From Elsinoe ampelina (taxonomy: Eukaryota): a stretch of DNA of 64,000 bases. The position numbers and the translations under genes were made by a program. How positions within the stretch are numbered: the stretch's first letter is position 1; each line of letters begins with the position of its first letter. Below the pieces are notes generated by a model. That model saw only the letters and a program-made list of their open reading frames with translations. It had not been told where the DNA came from and searched no databases. The stretch is taken from the NCBI GenBank assembly GCA_010093995.1, contig ML992508.1, forward strand, positions 1 to 64,000, written 5' to 3'. Shown here piece by piece: positions 1 through 12,740 of this stretch.

Positions 1-1078
1 TATAACCTAGATTCTAGGAGTAATACTCGATAATTCTAGATAATACTAAGTATTATAGAGGACCTAGGTAATATAAGTAATCTCTAAAAAATTTAAAAGG
101 AAAAAATCTTAGAAAGTCCTAAAGAATAAAGGTTAGGAATTCTATTAGAATCTAGGAAAATACTTTAACTCTACTCTAGTAAAACTATTAGAATACACTC
201 TTCCTTCTAAGATATATAGTGTCTAGAGTATATATAATATCTATATTAAATATACTAAATAAAACTCTTAACTCTAAGAAGATATTAAGATATATTAGAT
301 TAACTAAAGATTTTAGTATTATATTTAAGAGAAATAGAAATAAGACTATTAAGAGATATTCTAATTTAGATTATACCTTAGATAAGTTAAATAGAGTTTC
401 TATTCTTAGATATGTCTTTATACTTATAGATAGTTCTATTAGCTAGATAAGTAAGAAGTAAAAGTCTATTTTAACCTCTACTATAGAGGCTAAATATATA
501 GTAATATACTCTTATATAAAGAGATTATAGTTTCTATCTTAGTTACTAAGAGATATAGACTATTATAAGATAGTTAGGGAATTACTATAGAAACTAATAG
601 TAAAGGAGTCTTAGAAAGTAATAATAAGATTACTCTTTACTATAAGAATTAATAGTAATAACTAAGTAGCTCTTTTACTTATAAAAGAGCTATATACTTA
701 TAAAAGAGTAAAGTATATTAATATTACTTACTATTATATTAGGAGACTATAAAGGGACTAGAGAATATAAGTTAAGTTTATAAAGATAGTAGATATAGTT
801 ACTAATAGGTTAACTAAGCTATTATAAGGTTAGAACTTTATAAGGTTTATAAAGTAGCTTAGCTTATTATTAACCTAATAGCTTATCTATAAGAGCTAAG
901 TAGAAGTATTAAGAATATAACTCTCTCTAAATAATTAAGCTATAGAGTTATATAACTTTAAGTTATATAATACTAAGGCCTAGAGATTTATAGCTATTCT
1001 TTCTTCTAGTAGATAAACTTCTTTTAATTAATTAACTTATCTATTACCTAATTAGTATATAATTAGTTCTATATAATA
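1..1078 (+). mobile_element. RIP-degraded Ty1/copia LTR retrotransposon, 3' part (end of RT, RNase H, probable 3' LTR)
   Basis: Very AT-rich and TpA-rich. The frame of ORF 219-446 reads RYSNLDYTLDKLNRVSILRYVFILIDSSIS*ISKK*KSILTSTIEAKYIV and later NN*VAL...KRVKYINITYYYIR...DIVTNRLTKL. Reverting C>T/G>A changes gives the copia motifs GYSDSDYA.D..DR.S..GYVF..AGGPISW.SKKQKSV.TST.EAEY, DNQAA, AKHIDIAYH.IR and MVADGLTK. Confidence 0.88.
907..1078 (+). repeat. putative 3' LTR of the copia element (RIPed TGTT...AACA ends)
   Basis: Follows a purine-rich stretch (~890-906, possible polypurine tract). Starts TATTAAG (RIPed TGTTGAG) and ends ...ATAATA (RIPed ...CAACA). The partner LTR is outside the window, so the ends are inferred. 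Confidence 0.4.
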
Positions 1079-1373
1079 TTCTACTTCTAAATGTGTCTTT
1101 TACTTAATAAATATAACTTATATTTAAAGTTTAATTCTATAAAGTATCTACTTACTTTAAAAACTTTAAGCTTAATTTAAAATATAAAGCGCTAAGATAT
1201 TCTAATAAAAAAATATATTTTTAAAGTCTACTAACTTTATATTTTTTAATTCTAAAACAAATACTAGAAATATATCTTATATACTAAGCAAAATTTTATG
1301 TTTTTTAAATCTTAGTATCTAAGACTTATTTTTAATAGTATTTAAGCTTAAATACTAAGTATTATATATTAGA

Positions 1374-1464
1374 GAGAGTAAGAAGCGTAAGTAGGGTAGG
1401 GAGAGTAAGGAGCGTAAGTAGTACTATAAGAGCAAGAAGCGTAAGTACTCTAGGAGAGTAAGTA
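1374..1464 (+). repeat. imperfect ~20-bp direct repeats GAGAGTAAG(A/G)AGCGTAAGTA, three copies plus a partial
   Basis: Copies at 1374-1393, 1401-1420 and 1429-1447, with a partial copy at 1454-1464, all inside the RIPed block. Confidence 0.75.
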
Positions 1465-2507
1465 TATACGTAGTAATAATATTACTACTTAAGTACTTAG
1501 TCGCAAGTAGCACTTTTAATAACTATCGCTCTATTATTGCATAAACGTTAGTAGAATTGTTTACTTATAATACAGGTAAGGTAGACGAGGTATAGTTCTA
1601 GGTAATATAATATAATATTACAATTAGTACGCGTTTAGATTAGTCTTAGGAACCGATCGATTAGAACGAGATTCGGAAAGTTAAACAAAGAAGTGCATGC
1701 CGTGATAAACGCTATGACGTGTAGGGTTCAGATATAGAACAGTGGTATTTAGTCCAGCTGATTTTCCCTGGCATCGGAGGTGAAACCAGCATCACCCGCA
1801 CACTCAGCTTCAGCAGACCCTGCGACGAATCACCAGAATGCCTTCATCCAAGGGAGAACCAACAGACCCGGAGCTCAGAGAGAGAATCAAGGAGGAGGTC
1901 AAGGCAGAAGAGAAGGGTACGTATCGTTCCTCGACTCCATGAAGCAGATCTAACATGCACTCAGGCGGCGGCAAGGGCAGCTGGTCTGCTTGGAAGGCTG
2001 GTGAATTAGCCAGACGTTATGAAGCCGAGGGAGGTGACTACAAGGACACCGGCGACAACAAGAACAAAGCGCAGAAGGGTGCGCCGGAGAAGAAGTAGAG
2101 GTGCCCATGGCGACAGTACGATAGGATACTATCTCATCCACGCTGGCTTCACACACTGCTTTGCTGATAAGAGGTCAGCATGAAGATAGGAAGTTATGTA
2201 CACATTGAAGGCCATATATCTTTATGTCACGGAGCAAACCACTGCGAGCAATGTCCATGTAGAGCTCACCTCCTCGGTTGCGTGAGCCGTATATGCTGCA
2301 CGTCTATTACGCTCCATCCCACAATTGCAACAAAAGAGACCCGAAGCTACCACTCGTCATGTAAATCGTACACATCGTCTCGCCCTGATCATTCCGTCAT
2401 CACGGTCCGACATGAATCTCCTCCCATCCCTCCGTATCGTTAACAACAATCTCCATGGTCAATACACCTCTGTCCATCCACTCCCTGGCCAGGTCCATCT
2501 GCCAATC

Positions 2508-5500
2508 CTAGAAGCAGTTCAGGCCACCTTTTTTCTTCTTCTTCCTCTCCACCTCGAAGCGATTCATACGCTCCTCCATGCCACGTCTGGCCGCTTCAGC
2601 TCTCATGCGTAGCTCCTTCTCCTCCTCATACTGCTGTAGGCTTGCCCGGCTGCTTCCCCTCTCTTTCCTCAGACCGATCAACTCGTCCTCCAAGCCTGTT
2701 GCCTTCTTCTTCCATGCATCAACCTCCTGTCTGGTCTTGTTCTGTGCCGTTTCCAGGTCGACGAGAGCTTCTTCGAGGGTGGCAGTCAGCTGCTTCTCTG
2801 CGTAGAGATGTTTCTCGACAGTCCGGATGCGAGCCTCAGAGTCTTCAACCTGCTTGATGAGAGAGGAATCGGCCAAAAAGTTGTGGGGAGTATCGGGTCG
2901 AGACGCAGACGGATGAGGCGAGTGGGATCGGTCGCCATTCGGCAGAGCAGGGAGTGCACTCGGTGATGACCCGGGCAATGGTGGCAGCGGAATAGCCGGC
3001 GGTGGCGATGGGAGGGCAGTCCCATCTACCGGCGGGCTTGGTCGACGCATGGTGGCAGAACTCGCGGCTGACGATGATCGAGCAAGGGCAATTGCAGCGG
3101 CCTCCGGCGAAAGGGAATCCCTGTTGAATACACCGGAGTCCCCACGAGCAGAAGCGCCAGATCGTCGACGCGGATCGTTCAGCTGGGACTCCAAGAGGGT
3201 CACGCGCATGCGGTAGTCTTCGACCTCCTTCTCAAGCTCCGACTTGGCATGAAGGGTCTCCTGAAGCTGAAGGTGTACGGAGGATTGCAGCTGGGACATG
3301 CGCTTCGTCTGCGCTTCGTTGGCGTCATAATTGGAATTCAGCTGATCCTCAAGTTCGGCGACCAGTCTGGAAGACTTCTGCTCCTTGGCAGATAGCTTCT
3401 CGAGGTTCTTAACGGCGTCATCGTGGAGCATCTTGAGCTCGCCGACCTTGTTCTGGAGATCGGTGTTGTTTGCCTGCAGTGATCGGAGCTCATCTTCCAG
3501 CCCCTTCTTCTCGTTTGTTGTTTCGATGTCGCGCGTCTCAAGCTGGCGCTTGGACTGAACAAGATCCTGGACATGGGTGTGAAGGTTGGAGTGGTCGACG
3601 GAACGACCCAAAACAGCAGCGAGGCCGATAAGGAGTCCCGACGAGCTCTTCTGGTGTTCTGCGACTTGAGTCTCCATTTCGGAAAGAGCCCTGTTGTGGT
3701 CATTCTGCAGCTGATTTTGCTTAGCCACAGCGGCCTCTTTTGCAGCTTTGAGTTGATCCACCTCGGCAGCATGCGTCTCCTTGATCGACTGCAGACTCTT
3801 CTCGTGCTCTTGCATAGAAGCTTGATGGCCCTCGACTTGCTTCTGCAGTTCAGCAACCAGTTCGTGGTGCTTGGACAGGTCTTCTTCGATGGCAGCTCGA
3901 CTTTGACCAGATTCCTCGAGATTGTTGACGACGCTCTGGTGTGTCTGTTCGAGTTCCGCCAACCGATCCGCTGTCGCTTTGCCTGACGCCAAATGTTCAT
4001 GCATCTCTTGCTGAAGTTTTTCAAGAGCGGCATTGTATTCTGATTCCTTGGACTGAATCTCGACCCTTGCCTCGTCCATCGCTCGAGTCTTGTCCGCCTC
4101 CGCCGTCTCTGCAGAGGCCTTCAAGCTTGCTTCGAGACTAGCGATGGTAGACAACAGATTAGCCTCGGAGACCTTGACGGATTCGAGAGCGGTGTTGTGC
4201 TTCTCCTGCCATGAGGAAATCTCAGACTGGAGACTCTTGATGTGCTCCTGGTCCTTCACAGCCTGATCCGACCTGGTCGACTCTTCCGTTCTACTCGCCA
4301 GATGCGTATCCAGCTGGACCTTCAGGCTGTTGATCTCGGCTTGAAGCTGTTGTTCCTGCATTGCGTGACCTTCTTGCAGACTTCTGATCTGCTGCTCGCT
4401 CTCTGTGAGCTGATCTCGCATGTGGGAAACTGCCGAAAAGTCGACGTTATTGGAAGCTTTGAGTGTAGATCTTTCCCTCGTGAGACCGGCGATGATGGTG
4501 ACCTTCTCTTCCAGCTGTCTTCTGAGTGTGATCATCTCGGACTCGACTTCTTGGGCCCTTTCGGTGCGGGAGTGCAACTCGGTCATGATGGTGTTCAATT
4601 GAAGCTCGAAATTCTGTCGGACATCGTTGTTGGTCTCGAAATGATCAAGGGCTATATTCCGCAGAGAGGCAAATGCTCGATTCGCTCGGTCGACTGTGCC
4701 CATGGTAGCCATGAGATCTTGACTGGGCTTTCTGCGCACCAATGGAGACTTGATCGGTGAAGGTTGCTGGCTACTGCTTGTCCTCTGCAACTCAGCTTTG
4801 AGGTGCTCGACTTCTATCAAGGCATCACGATGTGCTTCGAGTAGGCGAGCGTTGCTGGTCTGGAGCTCCTTCAGATCGAACTCAGGCTCTTCAGCGATTG
4901 GGTCAGAGCTCTCGGCCGTGGGAGTTGGCTCGTCCCCAGGCTTTGCTGAGAGCTCCGAGGCATTTGAAGAAGGCTCTGCTGGGGGCGTCACATTCGGATC
5001 CTCTTCGGAGGCACCAGAGTCGAAGTCCGGCTGCGAGGAGTATTCCGAGGCTGAGGGCAATGATGATAAAGACTCTCCACGCATGTGCTGAGGAACGCCC
5101 GGAAGGGCTTCGCCTAAAAAAGAGTCTGATCGTTGAGGAATTGTCGAAGAGCCTGGGTCAGCTGGTTCGGTCTTTTCCTGCGAATCTTGGAGCTTTGCAA
5201 GAGTCTGCAGCGCAATGGCATACTTTCTTTGGAGTTCGTCGAAGTCAGAGACGGTCGATTCGTGCTCCCCGCGGAGATCGAATAATTCTTGAGTGAGGGT
5301 CTCCACCTTGTCGGCCATGAAAGTCGACTGAGCCGCTTGCTTCTCGTTGTGGTCATGTTGGACTGACCGAGGACTGTCTTCGGGAAGAACGGATGCCATC
5401 TCCTCGTCCAAGGGGGAGACTGGTGAGTGGTCGGTGCCGACGGGGGTGCTTCTGTCAATGCCGTTGACGTCGAGACCCAAGGGGCTAGGAGGCGGTGACC

Positions 5501-7762
5501 CATTGCGGCTGTGGGGGTCCTCATTGGCGTCATAATAGCCATTCGATACCTCCAGGGTCGGTGTCTTCTCGATAGAATGCTTGACGAAGGTGTCGATGGT
5601 AGGCGTTTGACGTTCGACGGACCCAATACTGCGTTGACGATCGACCAGCTGCTCGAGACGTTGGAGGTCACGCTTCATCATGTCTTGATCCTGCTCTGCT
5701 TCGGCCAGTCTTTCCTCCAAGCCCGCGATGTAGTCTTCAGTGCTCGACTGGTTGTCCTTTGCGCGAGACAGCTCTTTACGGAGCCCAGAGATGAGAGCTG
5801 CGGTGGACTCTTCACTGGACGCAACGCCCTCAAGTTGTCCTTCCAGCTCTTGCAGATACTGCTCGGTATGTAGTTCGCGGTCCATCATCTTCTTGATCCT
5901 GTTCTGTGATTGTGCGGCAGCGGCTTCAAGATAGGCGATTCTGCTTTCGCGTTCGTTCAGAGCACTCTCTGATGTCGACAAAGAGCTTCTGGTGTTGTAC
6001 AAGGAAGTCTCGAGGCTTTGTATTGTCTTTTCGTATTCCAGGACCACGTTCTCGACGGCTTGAGAGAGGGAGCTTGATCTTTGCAATCGATCGACCGCGT
6101 TGTCGGAAAAGACCTGGCCACCGTCCACGTTGATATCGCCAGCAGAGAGACCAAGCTCGCTGATCATCTTCTCATGTCGTTGACTCAGGGCATTGTAATT
6201 CTCCTGCATGCTAATGAGTTGGTCTTGAAGCTCGTTCGCTTTTGCATCGGATCGTGGACCGGGCATGGATTTCGTGGGCGACTCGCGGCCGACGATTTCG
6301 CGCAGGGCGGAGATTTCGGCTTTGAGTCGCTCGATCATAGCATTCTTATCGGCGTCGCTGAGGCTCTGCTGTATTTGCGGCTTGCTCTGTATGGCCCTTG
6401 CTCGTTGAGCGTATGTGACGGTGTTGAGAGTCTCGCTGAGATGGAATTCGGCCGGGTTGATGCATGCGATCATGTAGGTGATGGCATTGCCCCCGAGTGA
6501 GTCTTGCAAGAGGCGGGTGAGTCGAGAGTCTCTGTAGGAGATGTGTGCATTCTGACTTCGTGATGACAACTGCGAGATGACCTTGCCCAAACTTGCAAGA
6601 CCAGCATTAATGGAAATGCCTTCTTTGGCACGCTCGCCTTGTGCTCCTGTATTCTTCAAGCGTTCGCTTCCGGCAAGGTCGACAAAGTGGAGTTTGCTGT
6701 CAGTGGTAACCGTGCTGTCAAGGGTGGACAGAGGATCAGTGGGAGCGGATCGTCTCTTATCCAGGCGGGTCGTGTTGGTCGATGCCTTCTTCTGGACGAG
6801 ATTCAAGCTGAAGACGGCATGGGATCTTGATGACTTGGCATTGATGGCGGTGGCATCGGTCTGACGGATAGAGGAGCCGAAGTTGAGGGCATCCAGCAGA
6901 TCCTCCATCGAGTTGATATCGACCTGGTTGAGACCTGTCAAGAGAATTCGGCCTTTTGTATCCTCTCGTATCGAGACCTGCGGTCGATCCTGAGGTGAGA
7001 TTGACTCTGGCACTAAGAGATCTCGTAGCTGCTCGTTGTAGATCTCCACGTATGTTGCTTTCAACTGCCACGTCTTTTCCCCACCAAGCTTCGGCATGGA
7101 TGATAGAGTTGGCAATCCAGCACTCGAGTAGCGGGTAGGCGATCTGATCCCGGTCTTTGGACCACCGGACAGTTTCTCGAATAGAGCAGTCGCGGCACGA
7201 GGTACAATACCTCTCTGCTTTGGGTCGTCCTGCTCTTCTTGTCCGGATGTACCCATGGTATACGACTTTCCAGCTCCGGACTGGCCATATGCCAGGATCG
7301 AGACATTGTATCCTTGTGTAAAAGATTCGATGCTGTCACTGATATAGTCCCAAACCCCAGCTTGTCCCACATCTTCTCCGAACACCCGATCAAAGACGAA
7401 TAGCTTCTTTCCTTGTGGTGATTGAATGACAATGTTGGACGGGGAGGTGACTTCGGAGGTTGAACCTCTGAATCTTTGAGGTATGAGATCGTATCCCGGA
7501 TCGGAGGACTGCAATGGTGGTCGTACGCGGATAGCTGTGACATGGGGTCAGCGATTGTGAAACGGTCAAGGGTATGCGGAAGAAACGTACCGACTTTAAC
7601 AGCGGTCCGAGAATCGTCATCGGATGCTCTGCTGGCTGTCGCGGATCCGTCTGGTCTGCTCACCATGCTGAGGCGACTCGTACTGCGCGGAGAGCGCACC
7701 ATGGCTGAAGATGACCGCTTGTGGTGAGAGCGCAAAGGCGAAGGGGGAGGTGGAGGGTTCAT
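2508..7762 (-). CDS. kinesin-4/KIF21-like N-terminal motor kinesin with long coiled-coil stalk (2 exons; intron 7535-7590)
   Basis: Splicing GTACGT...CACAG joins TAVKV to AIRVRP. P-loop GQSGAGKS, switch I NAKSSRSH, switch II DLAGSE and YRDSRLTRLLQDSLGG are present, followed by >1000 aa rich in coiled-coil sequence. Confidence 0.95.
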
Positions 7763-8660
7763 AGTCGCGAAGACAAGGTGCGGCGGTCTTACCGGCCGGG
7801 AAAGCAGTGGAGCTCCAGGATGAGCGACGGGGCCGCGTGCAGGCCAGCGAACGCACTAACGCGTATCCCGGAGAAAGGGTAGATGAGGAGGTGGTCGCGA
7901 TGGCGGATGGGTTGATGTTGAGGGCGTGGTTCGGTGTGCGAGAGAGCGCAAAAGACAGCGAGAAATGGACGCGACCCTGCAGTAGCTCTGGTAGTTCGTG
8001 AGAATGGAAAGTCAAAGTTCAGCCAGACCTGAAACACGGCCAAAAACCGAGTGAGACTTTGACGATAACAGAGTAACTTAGTAGTGATCACTCTGATCTT
8101 CAGGCGGCACCCGGGCAAAGTAATTTAGAGTGGGTGGGATGCAATTTAGGGGACAAGCCCGACAGAGGTCTCGCGTGTTATGATCGCGCGATTTGCAAGG
8201 AGAAGCCGAGAATAGATTGAAGAGCGATGCCGAACCAAAGAAGATGCTGAAGAACGAGTCACGTCTGTAATATCTTGTCACATGGACGGGCTTTTCGACT
8301 CTACTACAGTACTGCAGGCAGATGCACTCGCCCGAGCAACGACGACTTTTGACCATTTTTTTGCGAGCCAAATGCACAACTGCAGATCAGGAGAAATGCA
8401 GCTTGATCAAAGGTTCATGATTGGTTGCAGCGGCAAAAAAGCAGCTGGCTCGAGCTTTCACGGCCACGCGAGCCAAATCCTGCCGCTTCAAGGAGGAACA
8501 AGCAGGACCCGCTTTGACCATTTTAGGTAACCAGCAGAGTTCCGAAGGTTCATGTGCCTGGCCCGGTAATCGGGGAACCATGGCCTGAACACAGAAAGGA
8601 TATCTCAACAGGAATTGCACCATTATCGAAACTTGCCTTCACAACCACGTGCAAGACTCC

Positions 8661-9619
8661 TCAGAAGTCACGGAGCGTCTTTTCCGTCCACTCATACAAC
8701 TCCTCCGCCTGGTCCTGGTTCTTTGCAGCAGCTGTCATTCTCCCAATCTGTCCAACAGGCTCATAGAAGACACCATTCTTGATCTGATCCTTGGACACCG
8801 AGGCGGCCCAAAGTTGATTCTTCACCCCTTCAGCCACCGTGACCTGTTGTCCGATAGTGGTGATGTTGGTAAAATATCTATTGAAAGTAGACAGTCCGCT
8901 GATGAGTGTGGTATTGATGATGCCTGGATGAATCGAGACAAAGGTAATGTCAGAGTACCTTCGGGCAAGCTCTTGAGCATACAGAAGATTTGCCAATTTG
9001 CTCTGTCCATACCGCCGAAAGGCTCCCAGGACGAACGCCTCCTGTTTCGTTCGTATCGTACTGTAATCGACGCTGGAGCAGAATTGATACCCCAAAGATG
9101 TGCTGAAGATGACACGTGCGTCACCATCGGATTGCCTCACTGTCCTATCGAGAAGAGGCAAAAGTTCTCGTACCAGCATGGCGTGACCAAGATGGTTCGT
9201 TGCAAATTGTATCTCAAAGCCGTCCTTGGACAAGGCAGCCGGCGTAGCCATAATGCCCGCATTCGCGAAGAGTACGTCCAGATGGTCTACCCTATTGGCC
9301 ACGTCCTGTGCGACGTTCTTGACGCTTTTAAGGTCTGCGAGGTCACACTGAATGAAATCGACCTGCGTGTCGCTGTTGACAGCCCGCGCAGCTGCGATGG
9401 TCTCATTCGCGGCCGCAGCATTACGGCCAGTGAATAGAACATGGCTGCCACCTGCTTTGGCAAGCGATATCACTGTCTCTCGACCGAGACCAGCAGTCCC
9501 TGTAGCCGGTGGTCAGAAGGTCTTCGACTTCATCACAGCACCGACGTAGACTCACCTCCAGTGATCAGAACCACCTTTCCTGCGAGTCTGGTGAGGTTTT
9601 CCTCGAAAGCAAAAGACAT
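8661..9619 (-). CDS. short-chain dehydrogenase/reductase (retinol dehydrogenase/WWOX-like; intron 9500-9555)
   Basis: Spliced Rossmann motif VLITGGTAGLG, plus ANAG, FATNHLGH, catalytic YGQSK and HPG. Confidence 0.92.
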
Positions 9620-10056
9620 GGTATGAATGTTTATGATTACCAGGAAGTCAAGAGGAGAGGTGAGGTCAGCCCAGGTTGCTCATTCATCGCCCGTTTCCAG
9701 GCTGCATCTTTCATCCGTCTTGTCGGCCTCAAGTTGCTCCGCTATGCCACCATTCACCACCCTGAACTGTCTTTCACCTGCCACTTCAGACCAATGGGCC
9801 TGGACAGACTTGACATTCAATCATATCCAAATAAAAACACTGCTGCGCAGCAAGTTGTACATGAGCCTTTGGTCGCGCAGCTTGAATCGGACCAGCCAGG
9901 TCATTGAATTCCAGGCCCCCCACCAGTTCAGGTATGCTGACAAACCAGAAAGGATCGCTGACATGGAGCTGTCATCGCTCTTGATATAACCCAAAGTGTC
10001 AAATATCGCACGGTAAGTAAAAGGATACCTCGTTCGATACCGAAGTCGTCGTTGCA

Positions 10057-11007
10057 ATGGTCAAAATCATCGCCGGCCTGATGGGCAGCAGTGTTGCAGC
10101 CGGTTCATCAAGACTGGCATCAGTAGATCAGCTGCGCACATTGTTGCAGACTTGCAAAAAGTACAATGTACTTGAGCTTGACACTGCTCGGGTCTACAAT
10201 GCTGGAAAAAGCGAAGAAACTCTGGGTGCCATCCCCGAAGCTCAACAACAGTTCGCCATCCAGACCAAGTGTCCCGGCTTCTCCCCTGGATCACTGTCCA
10301 AGGAAAAGGTCACGTCCAACTGCAACGATTCTCTCGAAGCCCTCAAACAAAGCCAAATCGATATATACTACTTCCACGGTCCAGACAGGAAGACACCCTT
10401 GTCGGAATCATGCTCCGCCATCAACACTCTTTACCAGCAAGATAAATTCCGCCGCTTTGGAGTCTCCAACTTCCGCGCCGATGAGGTGGAGGAGATTGTC
10501 TCCATTTGCAAGCAGCAGGGCTGGGTCTTACCAGCAGTCTACCAAGGAGGCTACAATCCTCTACTGCGCACTGGTGAAAAGGCTCTGTTCCCAACACTAA
10601 GGAGGCATGGCATCTCGTTTTACGCTTACAGTCCATTGGGGGGTGGATACTTCTCGAGACCAATGTCCGAGCTAAGGCAACCTCCTTCTGGCAGTCGTAT
10701 GGATGAGATGGCCGTGTTCAAGAACATCTATGTCAATGACGATTCCTTACGCCTCCATGATGTGCTTACCAATGCGGTCAACAAGCACAACGTGACTCTT
10801 CGGGAGGCGACGTTGAGGTGGCTCATGCATCATTCCATCCTGGAAGCAGACGATGGAGTCATTCTAGGAGCTTCTAGTGCTGAGCAAATGCAAGCCAACC
10901 TGGAGGCTTCAAGTCATGGGCCACTACCCGACGACCTGGTCAAGGTCTTCGAAGACGTCTGGGAGCAATATAACGCTACTGGGAAAGCGTTTGGATATTC
11001 CGTATAA
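10057..11007 (+). CDS. aldo-keto reductase, aflatoxin B1 aldehyde reductase (AKR7)-like
   Basis: Motifs LDTARVY, DIYYFHGPD, FGVSNF, YQGGYN, YAYSPLGGG and LRWLMHHS; single exon. Confidence 0.92.
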   Translation: MVKIIAGLMGSSVAAGSSRLASVDQLRTLLQTCKKYNVLELDTARVYNAGKSEETLGAIPEAQQQFAIQTKCPGFSPGSLSKEKVTSNCNDSLEALKQSQIDIYYFHGPDRKTPLSESCSAINTLYQQDKFRRFGVSNFRADEVEEIVSICKQQGWVLPAVYQGGYNPLLRTGEKALFPTLRRHGISFYAYSPLGGGYFSRPMSELRQPPSGSRMDEMAVFKNIYVNDDSLRLHDVLTNAVNKHNVTLREATLRWLMHHSILEADDGVILGASSAEQMQANLEASSHGPLPDDLVKVFEDVWEQYNATGKAFGYSV

Positions 11008-11139
11008 GTAAGAAGAACTCCATGTCCGAGAAGGGTCAGCACGATACTGCTATGTGTTTCAAGGTGCATCAATGTTGCATTGTGTAAGATTACCGCAGAT
11101 GCCCTTCCGCCGTTCATCCGCTCATGTACTCTTGCCCGT

Positions 11140-12740
11140 TTAGCCTGCAAATGCACTTCTTGCCTGTAAATGCTTCCGAAACATCACAAACGCAAAAGGG
11201 ATAAGGGCCATCAGTGCTGAAATGACCGCAAAGACAACGCTTGCCCACTTCACTCCCAAGACGCCATACATACTCGGTGCGGCGAATGGCAGGCACACGG
11301 CCAGCAATGATCTGGTAGTGCTGGAAGCTGCCTGCGCCGATGCTGCGTACTTTTTGTACACGTCGGCGAGGTAGATGATCATGGCGAGGAATACGGTGCT
11401 GTAACCGATCCCGAACAAGATTCCTGGCACAACCATGGACACGGCCGGGTGTATCGATTCTCTGGCCGTGAAGCCTTGTATGAGAAGTGCCACCGGGAGG
11501 CTAATTATGTTAGCATCCAATCTCTCAAACGGCCAAGGTAGCTTACAGAGGACCACCGAGCCAAGCAAGTGGCAATCTACGTAGCTCTGGAACACTGGCC
11601 CACGGCTTTCCCCCTGTCAATGCCTTTTCGTGATACCATGAGTACCATGAGAAGATGAAGAATGCAATAACAACTCCGAACATGACTAGTAATGTCAGTA
11701 TCGTCAAGTCTTGGAGCCAGAGATTACTGACTAGGAATATACGATAGCCCAATCTCGTCGATTTGTAGCCCGTATATGCCTGCCAAACATGAGCCGCAAT
11801 CCTCGCTTTGCGGACTGTCAACCTACCTCTGAAGATAATCGGATATGCCTGGAAGAACATGTACTGTAATGCATACACCAGCGCTAGATACAAGCTGGTC
11901 AATGACAGAAGAGGCTCTTTGATCATCATCAGAAAAGGTCTCTTCAGACTGTCACTGACCCTATGCATGATCAGCGCCACCCGCCCATCCACTCTTTCGC
12001 CGTCGCTCTCTCGCTCTCTCAGCTTCTCTTCCAGGACCGGAAAGTACGTTTCTGGTAGTAGCACCACAATCGGAGACATGGCTCCGGCGATGATTACACC
12101 CACCCAGAACACCCATCGCCATCCAAGATTAACCGCCACATATCCAGAGATGAGCGGCCCAGTCAGCGGACCCTGTGCACCGAACAACATGAACGTCGCA
12201 ATCGCCTGACCACACCGCCTGGGATCGGTGAAGATGTCGCCGTATAGTCCGCTATTGACTGCGTTGGGTACTGCTGCGGACACCCCAGCCAGAAGTCGAC
12301 ATATGAGAAGCCCAGTGAATGTCGGTGAAACTGCGCAGCACAGAGTGAATAGCATGTAGAAAATGAAGCTCCCGACCATGATAGGCCGTCTGCCGAACGT
12401 CTCACTGAGAGGTCCCATGAACAAAGGCGAGACCGTGTATCCTACCAGGTATAACGAATTGGGCAGTACCAGTAACGTCGATGTTGACGGGATATTGAAG
12501 TATGTTGCAAGAGACTCGACCGCCCCTGAGGGCAACGATGATCCAAGATTACCATTGAAGACACAGATGAGGCCGACAAGAACGATGTGAGTCTTCCGAA
12601 TCTGTGTCTATTAATTGATGAGAGGCTAGCAGGTGAGGGGTAGCTCGAACCGCGGAAAAGTGCGAGGGATGTCGTGGATTATCTATCGTGCGGACCCTGC
12701 TCAGGCCCGTCGATGTATCGACCTTCTCTTCAGAACTCAT
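11140..12740 (-). CDS. MFS transporter, DHA1-type drug:H+ antiporter (introns 12602-12650, 11780-11826, 11686-11731, 11501-11546)
   Basis: Motifs GPLSETFGRRP, LICRLLAG, GWRWVFW, LPETY, PELRRL and YLADVY. Four GT-AG introns restore a continuous multi-TM reading frame. Confidence 0.88.

Noticed and set aside
219..446. 75-aa ORF in the AT-rich block
   Set aside because: It is a stop-free stretch of the RIPed copia pol frame, not an independent gene.
1374..1464. Repeat-spacer pattern as a CRISPR array
   Set aside because: Eukaryotic context, spacers under 10 nt, degenerate repeats and no cas genes.
1..1700. Boundary of a giant Starship-type element
   Set aside because: No tyrosine-recombinase captain gene is visible; the neighbour is a conserved kinesin and the repeat is explained by copia plus RIP.
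3338..5671. Alternative-frame and antisense ORFs of 110-230 aa inside the kinesin
   Set aside because: Expected from the codon bias of a long CDS; no independent motifs.
8348..8525. Paired short repeats TTTGACCATTTT and GCGAGCCAAAT upstream of the kinesin
   Set aside because: Only two copies of 11-12-mers; cannot be assigned to a factor or separated from chance.
8649..9437. 262-aa plus-strand ORF
   Set aside because: Antisense shadow of the SDR with no recognisable motifs.
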